Assembly: GCF_001465295.1 (NCBI RefSeq)
Contig: NZ_CP011034.1
Span: 930,001-962,000 of the forward strand
Length of the DNA stretch: 32,000 bases
Origin: Pseudoalteromonas translucida KMM 520
GTDB lineage: Bacteria; Pseudomonadota; Gammaproteobacteria; Enterobacterales; Alteromonadaceae
Reading direction: 5' to 3'
Every line of letters begins with the position of its first letter. Position 1 is the first letter of the stretch. Shown here in pieces: positions 25,361 to 32,000 of this stretch. The translations under genes and the position numbers were made by a program. The notes beneath the pieces are model-generated. The model saw nothing but the letters and a program-made list of their open reading frames with translations, searched no databases and was not told the origin of the DNA.

Positions 25361-26146
25361 TTACTTTCCGCTAAATACAGGATGGCGTTTTTGTAAAAAC
25401 GCTTCCATACCTTCACGTTGATCTTTTGATGCAAATAATAACGCATTTGCTTTGCGCTCCAGCGCCATAGCACTGGCAAGTGGAGCGTCCATTCCTGCTA
25501 AAATAACTTCTTTTATTTGCTCTGCCGCTAGCGGAGGCATACGTGCTATACGACGACAATTTGCTAGTGCCTGTTTATATACATCTTCATCTTCGCACAG
25601 CTCACTTACCAGTCCGCCTACCCAAGCATCGTAAGCACTAATAGGCTTGCCTGTAAGCGCCATTTGCATTGCTTTAGCTTTACCTACTGCACGTACTAAA
25701 CGCTGCGTGCCACCAATACCCGGCATTATGCCAATGGCTATTTCGGGCTGGCAAAAACTTGCGCCTTTACCGGCAATAATAATGTCGGCCAACATGGCCA
25801 GTTCACAGCCACCGCCATACGCGTAGCCATTTACTGCAGCAACTACAGGTATTGGGCATTGCTCAATAGGTGCCCATAGTCGCTCTGTATGGCGTTGGTA
25901 AATCTCAATTGGGTCTGCATCTATTAAGCTAGTAATGTCGCCGCCTGCAGCAAATACTTTGTCGCCACCGGTTAATAAAATACAGCGAATGTCTTTATTG
26001 TCTGCCAGCTCAGTAAAGTACTTAGATAGTAATGTTTGCAGCTCTAAGCTTAATGCATTGGTGGCACTGGGTCGGTTTAACGTTAACTCGGCCACACCAG
26101 GCTCAGGGAAACTTAGTAAAACGCTAGGCTCGTTTGTATCCGTCAT
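25361..26146 (-). CDS. Enoyl-CoA hydratase/isomerase (crotonase superfamily)
   Basis: The 261-aa ORF has an oxyanion-hole segment FAAGGDI. Both catalytic Glu contexts are present in AYGGGCELAMLADIIIAG...FCQPEIAIGIMPGIGGTQRL. Confidence 0.9.
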   Translation of the reverse strand: MTDTNEPSVLLSFPEPGVAELTLNRPSATNALSLELQTLLSKYFTELADNKDIRCILLTGGDKVFAAGGDITSLIDADPIEIYQRHTERLWAPIEQCPIPVVAAVNGYAYGGGCELAMLADIIIAGKGASFCQPEIAIGIMPGIGGTQRLVRAVGKAKAMQMALTGKPISAYDAWVGGLVSELCEDEDVYKQALANCRRIARMPPLAAEQIKEVILAGMDAPLASAMALERKANALLFASKDQREGMEAFLQKRHPVFSGK

Positions 26147-26307
26147 TCATTACTCCAAAACATTGCTAGGCAACGCACAGTAAAATTTCTATGTTGTTAT
26201 TGTCACTTGTTGTCGCCAAACACAGCATCGTCCATTTAGACGAAGCTGGTTATCTAATACTGCCTGTACACTGTTTTTATGGAATTATTTTATGACAAGG
26301 CTTAATT

Positions 26308-27090
26308 ATGCATGCGAGTAAAAACTATAAAGATAAAGTGGTACTCATAACCGGCGGTACTAAAGGCATTGGCCTTGGTATAGCACAAGGTTTCTTGTCG
26401 GCAGGCGCTAAAGTAGTAGTGTGTGGTCGTGAACAAGTAGAGCAGCTACCACAGGTAATCCTTGATGGAAAAACTCGTCAGGCACACTTTATTCAAGCTG
26501 ATGTGAAAGACATTGATAGCACCGCGGCCATGTTTAGCACCATAGTAAAAGAATATGGCACGCTTGATGTACTTATTAATAATGCCGGTGGCAGTCCGTT
26601 TGCTTTGGCAGACAAAGCATCTCCTCGTTTTCATGAGGCTATTCTTAAGCTTAATTTAATTGCACCGTTAAACGTAGCACAGCAAGCAAACGAAATTATG
26701 CAAGCAAATAACAGTGGCTGCATTATTTTTATAGGCAGTATTAGTGCCATGCGTGCTTCACCAGGTACGGCGGCTTATGGCGCTGCTAAAGCGGGTATTT
26801 TATCTTTAGTAAAATCACTTGCAGTAGAGTGGGCGCCTAAAGTGCGTGTTGTGGCGGTAAGCCCAGGGTTAGTACATACCGAAAACTCACACCTGCATTA
26901 CGGTGACGAGGCCGGAATTGCCGCAGTAAGCGCAACAATTCCTGCAGGGCGTATGGCGCAACCAGATGATATTGCTAACGCTTGTTTGTTTTTAGCTTCA
27001 GCAGAAGCAAGTTATGCAAGTGGCTGTAATTTACTGCTAAATGGCGGCGGTGAAATGCCCGCTTTTCTTAGTGCTAGCGAAACTAACTAA
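26308..27090 (+). CDS. SDR family oxidoreductase
   Basis: The 260-aa ORF has ITGGTKGIGLG, NNAGG and the catalytic S...YGAAKAG. It is divergent from the crotonase gene across a 161-bp region. Confidence 0.85.
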   Translation: MHASKNYKDKVVLITGGTKGIGLGIAQGFLSAGAKVVVCGREQVEQLPQVILDGKTRQAHFIQADVKDIDSTAAMFSTIVKEYGTLDVLINNAGGSPFALADKASPRFHEAILKLNLIAPLNVAQQANEIMQANNSGCIIFIGSISAMRASPGTAAYGAAKAGILSLVKSLAVEWAPKVRVVAVSPGLVHTENSHLHYGDEAGIAAVSATIPAGRMAQPDDIANACLFLASAEASYASGCNLLLNGGGEMPAFLSASETN

Positions 27091-27145
27091 ATAATTAATA
27101 ATTTTAATTTTTAGAATTTATCTTGATAAATGCAGGAGACGAACA

Positions 27146-28132
27146 TTGGCTAAATATGAATGGTTTGCAGAAATAGAAGCGATGATAGGGCGACAATATG
27201 GTCGTATCTATGCGTGGGACAAGGTTAATGAAGCTATGGTACGTCAGTGGTGTGAAATTATGGGGGTAGAAAACCCACTTTACACCGATGCAGACTACGC
27301 GGCAACAACCGAGTATGGGCAACTAGTAGCACCACCAGCAATGCTACAAAGTTGGTGTTTAGCGGGCTTTGGTGACAAAATTTTAGCACCGGGTTCAACT
27401 ACCGAAAATCCGTATGGCGTGCTCGAAATACTTGAAAAAAATGGCTACCCAGCGGTCGTGGCCGTTAATTCTAATTTAACGTTTGATCGCTACATTACTA
27501 TGGGTGAAAAGCTTTATTACACCACAGTACTCGATAGCATCAGTGAAGAAAAAACCACCGCACTGGGCACCGGCTTTTTTGTCACGCTAAAAATGACTTA
27601 TTTCTCAGAAAAAACCAATGGTGAAGCCGACGAAAAAGTGGGCGACATGATGTTTAGAGTCATTAAGTTTAAACCGGCGCAAAAACCTGAGCAAACAGCA
27701 CCCGCTAAAGAGGCTCCGGCCAGAAAACGTCCTAAGCCTGGGATCAGCGATGATAACCGCTTCTTTTGGGAAGGATTTAGCGAGCAAGAGCTGCGTATTC
27801 AACATTGTATAAGCTGCGACAAATTACAACACCCACCAGCACCTGTGTGCATGCATTGCCATTCGTTTGAACTCGATTACCAAGTAGCTAGCGGTAAGGG
27901 TGAGCTGTATTCATTTGTGATAATGCACTACCCACATGTAGCCCCATTTGATAGCCCAAATCCTATTGGTTTGATTGAGCTTGAGGAAGGCGTACGTATT
28001 CCTGCAGGCTTAATCGGAGTTGAAGAAGGTGTAGCCCCTAAAATTGGCCAAAAAGTGCAAGTCGAATATCACACATTTGATGGTGAGCTGACCTTGCCAC
28101 AATTTAGACTTGTTCCAACTAAGGAGTCGTAA
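27146..28132 (+). CDS. Fusion protein: N-terminal MaoC_N-type hotdog domain plus C-terminal DUF35 zinc-ribbon/OB-fold domain (ChsH2-like architecture)
   Basis: The 328-aa ORF has a TTG start 6 nt after AGGAGA. A hotdog-like N-terminal half (aa 1-175) lacks a hydratase Asp/His motif. A Pro/Lys/Ala linker (KPAQKPEQTAPAKEAPARKRPKPG, nt 27671-27742) follows. Next is a C-x2-C...C-x2-C ribbon (CISCDKLQHPPAPVCMHC, nt 27806-27859), then an OB-like tail (GELYSFVIMHYP). Confidence 0.75.
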   Translation: MAKYEWFAEIEAMIGRQYGRIYAWDKVNEAMVRQWCEIMGVENPLYTDADYAATTEYGQLVAPPAMLQSWCLAGFGDKILAPGSTTENPYGVLEILEKNGYPAVVAVNSNLTFDRYITMGEKLYYTTVLDSISEEKTTALGTGFFVTLKMTYFSEKTNGEADEKVGDMMFRVIKFKPAQKPEQTAPAKEAPARKRPKPGISDDNRFFWEGFSEQELRIQHCISCDKLQHPPAPVCMHCHSFELDYQVASGKGELYSFVIMHYPHVAPFDSPNPIGLIELEEGVRIPAGLIGVEEGVAPKIGQKVQVEYHTFDGELTLPQFRLVPTKES

Positions 28133-29265
28133 TGGATTTTAATTTAAGCGAAGAGCAATCAGCCATTGCAGAAATGGCCAATAGCTTATTTACCGATACC
28201 TGTACCGATGACTTTCTTCGTGATTATGACGAAGCAGGCCAAGGCACCATGACGCAGTTATGGAACTCGTGTATAGAAACCGGGCTGCATGGGGTAATTA
28301 TTCCCGAAGCAATTGGTGGCATTGACTTGGGTATGACCGAGCTGAGCTTAGTGTTACAGGCGCAAGGCGGGGCGTTAGGGCAAGTTCCTTTATGGCGTCA
28401 TCAGCTGGTGGCCACTGCTATTGCAAAGTTTGCGGGTACAGAGCTACAAACTGCTGCACAAGCAGCGGCTGAGGGCACAAACTTATTAACGCTGGCATTT
28501 AACTTAGTAAATACTCACAGCGAAGCGACGCTCAACGTAGAAAAAACGAATGACGGCTTAAGCATTAATGGCTTGGTGCAGTCGGTTGCAGTTGCAGGAC
28601 TCGCTGACTTTGTTTTACTGCCACTGACCCTTGATGAGCAAACACGCTGGGCACTAGTGGCAACAACAGCGCCAGGTTTAACCCTAGTTAAAGGGCAGAT
28701 GACCCAAGGCGAAGAAGTTGCAGACTTACAACTAAATAACCTGCTTGTAAATAATGCAGCGTTACTCGATAGCAAAGCTAATGACTGGTTAGTGCCAAGA
28801 ATATTCGCCTCTTTAGCATCGTTACAGTTAGGTGTAAGTGAAGCGCAAATTAAAAAAACTGTTGAATATATTAGTGAGCGCCAACAGTTTGGTCGCGCTA
28901 TAGGCACTTTTCAAGCAGTACAAATGACCATGGCCGATACCAAAATTGCCCTTGAGGCATTACGTAGCAATGTATGGCAGTTGTGTTATCGCCTTGATAA
29001 CAACTTAGGCTGCGATCACGAAGCGTTAGCAACAGCGTGGCACGCCTGCGAAGCGGGTCATTCTATTGGCCACAAAGCGCAGCATGTGCATGGCGGTTTT
29101 GGTGTAGATGTTAGTTACGTTATCTACCGATACCTCTATTGGGGCCGGGCTATTAGCCTAAACTTGGGCGGGAGTCCCGCATTATTGGCAAAACTTGGCG
29201 ATGCCTTAACCGAAAATAATAAGCTGGGGTGGAAATATGACCTTGATGAAAACAATGCAATTTAA
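28132..29265 (+). CDS. Acyl-CoA dehydrogenase-fold protein, degenerate (probable non-catalytic subunit of a heteromeric ACAD)
   Basis: The 377-aa ORF has its ATG overlapping the upstream stop (TAATG). ACAD landmarks are retained (N-terminal helical domain, ERQQFGRAIGTFQAVQ, QHVHGGFGV). The S/TEPxxGSD flavin motif and both known catalytic-Glu positions are substituted (see finding). Confidence 0.75.
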   Translation: MDFNLSEEQSAIAEMANSLFTDTCTDDFLRDYDEAGQGTMTQLWNSCIETGLHGVIIPEAIGGIDLGMTELSLVLQAQGGALGQVPLWRHQLVATAIAKFAGTELQTAAQAAAEGTNLLTLAFNLVNTHSEATLNVEKTNDGLSINGLVQSVAVAGLADFVLLPLTLDEQTRWALVATTAPGLTLVKGQMTQGEEVADLQLNNLLVNNAALLDSKANDWLVPRIFASLASLQLGVSEAQIKKTVEYISERQQFGRAIGTFQAVQMTMADTKIALEALRSNVWQLCYRLDNNLGCDHEALATAWHACEAGHSIGHKAQHVHGGFGVDVSYVIYRYLYWGRAISLNLGGSPALLAKLGDALTENNKLGWKYDLDENNAI

Positions 29266-29656
29266 CGACATAAACGTAGGTGACAAGCTACCTGAAAAAG
29301 CGATTCCAATTACCGTGGCACTTATCTCTAATGGGGCTTTAGCAACGCGTGATTTTTTTCCAGGCCATCACGATAAAGATGCCGCTATTGCGCTGGGCTC
29401 ACCGCATATTTTTATGAATATTTTAACCACTAATGGCTTAGTGCAAAGTTATGTAGAAGGCTGGAGCGGCCCACAAAGTCGTTTAAAAAATATTGATATT
29501 AAGTTAGGTATGCCTAATTACCCTGGCGATGTTATGACCTTTATGGGCGAAGTAACCGCAACCGATGCCACAACCCGCACTGTGGATGTAGGTTTAGCCG
29601 GCAAAAATAAATACGGCATGCATGTTACAGGTACCGTGCAATTGGTATTGCCATAA
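29237..29656 (+). CDS. MaoC-like (R)-specific enoyl-CoA hydratase, single hotdog domain (ChsH1-like catalytic subunit)
   Basis: The 139-aa ORF has a hydratase-2-type Asp-x4-His motif, RDFFPGHH (D at 29351-53, H at 29366-68). It overlaps the upstream ACAD by 29 nt. Alternative in-frame ATGs exist at 29246 and 29255. Confidence 0.75.
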   Translation: MTLMKTMQFNDINVGDKLPEKAIPITVALISNGALATRDFFPGHHDKDAAIALGSPHIFMNILTTNGLVQSYVEGWSGPQSRLKNIDIKLGMPNYPGDVMTFMGEVTATDATTRTVDVGLAGKNKYGMHVTGTVQLVLP

Positions 29657-29673
29657 AATTTAGGAGAGACAAG

Positions 29674-30849
29674 ATGAATGAGTCAATTAGTGGTAAAGCT
29701 GCCATTGTGGGTCTGGGTGCCACAGAGTTTTCTAAAAATTCAGGGCGTACTGAATTACGTTTAGCCATGGAGGCAACATTAGCAGCTTTAAAAGATGCGG
29801 GAATTGATCCCAGTGAAGTGGATGGCTTTAGTAGTTACTCAGTTGATAAAGTACCAGAGTACGAAATTGCGCGTTTATTAGGCTGTAAAGAGGTTAAGTT
29901 TTTTTCACAAATACCTCATGGCGGCGGCGCAGCGTGTGCACCTATAGTGCATGCAGCAATGGCTGTGGCCAGTGGTGTGGCTAAAACCGTAGTGGTATAT
30001 CGGGCGATGAACGAGCGTTCTTGGTATCGTTTTGGTACTGGCGATTATGGTTTTTCATCAACCCCTATTTTTGAAAATGTGAATTACGGTTATTACATGC
30101 CCCATGGTTTTCATACTCCTGCAAGTTGGGTGGGTATGTTTGCACAGCGTTATATGCATGAGTATGGCGCTACATCAGAAGATTTTGGTCTTGTTGCGGT
30201 TGCCGCACGTGACTTTGCAGCAACTAACCCTGCGGCATTCTTTTACGAAAAACCAATTACTTTGGCCGATCACCAAGCGTCTAAGTGGATTTGTGAGCCG
30301 CTACATTTACTTGATTGTTGTCAAGAATCTGATGGTGCGGTAGCAATGATTATTACCAGTGTTGAGCGTGCAAAAACGCTAAAAAATAAACCTGTAGTAA
30401 TTAAAGCCGGTTCGCAAGGTATTGCCGAAGGTCAGCAAAGTATGACCTCGTATTATCGCGACGACATTACCGGTTTACCCGAAATGGGCATAGTAGCAAA
30501 AGAGCTTTATGCACAATCAGGCCTAGGGCCTGATGATTTTCAAACCGCGATTATTTACGATCACTTTACCCCTTTTGTATTACCACAACTTGAAGAGTTT
30601 GGGTTTGTGGAACGTGGTAAAGCAAAGGAGTTTATTCGCGCAGGTCATCATCAGCGTGGTGGTAAGTTACCTATTAATACCCATGGAGGACAGTTAGGTG
30701 AAGCCTATATCCATGGTATGAATGGCGTGGCCGAAGCAGTACGACAAGTGCGTGGTACAGCAGTAAACCAAGTTGATAATGTTGAAAATGTACTCGTTAC
30801 AGCGGGCACTGGTGTACCAACCAGCGGCTTAATTTTAGGCGCAGAGTAG
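29674..30849 (+). CDS. Thiolase-fold protein of the SCP-x/lipid-transfer (Ltp) type, likely a retro-aldolase rather than a thiolase (Ltp2/Sal-like)
   Basis: The 391-aa ORF has thiolase-fold landmarks (AIVGLGATEF, DCCQESDGAVAMII, NTHGG). The NEAF block reads YDHF, and the C-terminal catalytic C-x-G-G-G block reads TAGTG (30799-30813). Confidence 0.75.
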   Translation: MNESISGKAAIVGLGATEFSKNSGRTELRLAMEATLAALKDAGIDPSEVDGFSSYSVDKVPEYEIARLLGCKEVKFFSQIPHGGGAACAPIVHAAMAVASGVAKTVVVYRAMNERSWYRFGTGDYGFSSTPIFENVNYGYYMPHGFHTPASWVGMFAQRYMHEYGATSEDFGLVAVAARDFAATNPAAFFYEKPITLADHQASKWICEPLHLLDCCQESDGAVAMIITSVERAKTLKNKPVVIKAGSQGIAEGQQSMTSYYRDDITGLPEMGIVAKELYAQSGLGPDDFQTAIIYDHFTPFVLPQLEEFGFVERGKAKEFIRAGHHQRGGKLPINTHGGQLGEAYIHGMNGVAEAVRQVRGTAVNQVDNVENVLVTAGTGVPTSGLILGAE

Positions 30850-30858
30850 GAGTGCAAA

Positions 30859-32000
30859 ATGTTCATTGATTTAACACCAGAACAACGGGCGTTACGCCTA
30901 GAAGTACGTGATTATTTTTCTCAATTAATGACACCCGAACTGCGTCAAAAGCTAAGAGGCAGTGAAGGCGGCGAAGACTTCCGTAAGGTTGTACGTCAAA
31001 TGGGTAAAGACGGCTGGTTAGCTGTTGGTTGGCCAAAAGAGCACGGCGGCCAAGGTTATCAAGCCACCGAGCAGCTAATCTTTTTTGAAGAAGCCAATAT
31101 TGCAGGCGCGCCCCTACTATTTGTTACTATTAGCACAGTAGGTCCTGCGTTAATGGAATACGGTACTGAGTTACAAAAAGAAAAGTTTTTACCGGGTATT
31201 GCTAATGGCGAAATTCATTTTGCTATTGGTTATTCAGAGCCAAATGCGGGCTCTGATCTAGCCACTTTAAAAACCAAAGCTAGCTTAGAGGGCGACAACT
31301 TTATTGTTAATGGCAATAAGCTATGGACCTCAGGCGCTGAGTCGGCCGACTATATTTGGTTAGCGGCACGGACTGATCAAGAGCTGGCGCGTCACAAGGG
31401 GGTTTCTATTATGATTTTAGATACCCAAAGTGAAGGCTTTAGCAGCACAGTTATTCCAACGTGTTCAAACCCAACCGCGGCTACTTATTACGACAACGTA
31501 AAAGTACCTCAAGAAATGCTGGTGGGTGAATTAAATGGCGGTTGGCGTTTAATTACTTCGCAACTTAACCATGAACGTTTAGGTTTAGGATCGTGGTCAG
31601 ATAAAGTGGTTGGATTATTTCGCCGAGTGTATTTGTGGGCTAATACCGCAGATGAGCAAGGCAAGTCTGCTGCTAATAATCCTTGGGTGCGCGCAGCGTT
31701 AGCTGAGTGTTACGCTAAGTTAGAAGCCATGCGCTTAATTAACTTTCGTATCGCCGCCGATTTAGAAAAAGGCCATATGGATATTGCTCTGGCGTCAATT
31801 ACTAAAGTATATGGCTCAGAATGCTCAATTGAAATACTGCGTAAGCTGATTGATATTGTGGGAATGAATGGCATGGTGCGCGATGATTCTGCCGCGTCAT
31901 TTTTAATGGGTGAGCTGGAATACGAAGTGCGTGCCTCGGTTACCTTAACCTTTGGTGGTGGTGCTAATGAGTTACAAAGAGAACTAATAGCCCAATTTGG
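30859..32000 (+). CDS. Acyl-CoA dehydrogenase (FadE-like); C-terminus beyond the window
   Basis: Absent from the ORF track because it is open-ended. The ATG at 30859 lies 7 nt after GGAG, and the frame stays open to 32000. My translation starts MFIDLTPEQRALRLEVRDYF. It contains the flavin/substrate motif GYSEPNAGSD (31231-31257), NGNKLWTSGA and LNHERLGLG. Confidence 0.85.
   Translation, partial: MFIDLTPEQRALRLEVRDYFSQLMTPELRQKLRGSEGGEDFRKVVRQMGKDGWLAVGWPKEHGGQGYQATEQLIFFEEANIAGAPLLFVTISTVGPALMEYGTELQKEKFLPGIANGEIHFAIGYSEPNAGSDLATLKTKASLEGDNFIVNGNKLWTSGAESADYIWLAARTDQELARHKGVSIMILDTQSEGFSSTVIPTCSNPTAATYYDNVKVPQEMLVGELNGGWRLITSQLNHERLGLGSWSDKVVGLFRRVYLWANTADEQGKSAANNPWVRAALAECYAKLEAMRLINFRIAADLEKGHMDIALASITKVYGSECSIEILRKLIDIVGMNGMVRDDSAASFLMGELEYEVRASVTLTFGGGANELQRELIAQF

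Noticed and set aside
28515-28907. 130-aa ORF antisense to the degenerate ACAD
   Set aside because: The plus-strand frame retains ACAD-fold blocks and is translationally coupled to its neighbours. The antisense ORF has no supporting signal.
1-32000. Mobile elements, CRISPR arrays, toxin-antitoxin pairs, and phage or defence systems
   Set aside because: No integrase, transposase or recombinase-like ORF appears in the ORF track or in my reading. There are no spaced direct repeats and no pairs of small overlapping ORFs outside annotated genes. The accessory DNA is fully accounted for by catabolic, transport and regulatory genes.

Overview
The window looks like chromosome from an AT-rich marine gammaproteobacterium. 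Gene order and protein sequences look Alteromonadales/Pseudoalteromonas-like, but that is inference: no database search was possible and all family calls rest on motifs read from the translations. There are three blocks. (1) 1-6.9 kb holds envelope and peripheral genes: a partial NSS sodium symporter, a minus-strand operon (MipA/OmpV-like porin, small secreted protein, OmpR-type regulator, HAMP histidine kinase), an orphan lipoprotein, and a secreted AmpC-like serine hydrolase plus a secreted histidine phosphatase. (2) 6.9-13.7 kb is a conserved housekeeping block: yhbY, then rlmE-ftsH-folP-glmM, then tpiA-secG-tRNA-Leu(GAG). A sigma32-like promoter precedes rlmE and several clear intrinsic terminators are present. 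(3) From 13.9 kb to the window edge, directly after the tRNA, lies a catabolic accessory cluster. It has three SDRs, a GMC oxidoreductase, a TonB-dependent receptor, an HsaA/TesA2-like ACAD-fold flavin monooxygenase with a KshB-type reductase, an Old Yellow Enzyme homologue and a TeiR/TesR-like LuxR regulator. It also has a crotonase and a tightly coupled hotdog-DUF35 / ACAD / MaoC hydratase / thiolase-fold aldolase / ACAD module. The best single explanation is part of a steroid or bile-acid degradation locus (9,10-seco ring pathway plus side chain) that continues beyond position 32000. I saw no CRISPR array, transposase, integrase, toxin-antitoxin or recognisable defence system. The most unusual details are a degenerate, probably non-catalytic ACAD paralogue, a thiolase-fold protein with a repurposed active site, an OYE with a His/Ser substrate dyad, and an 8-bp tandem duplication that rewrites the tpiA C-terminus.
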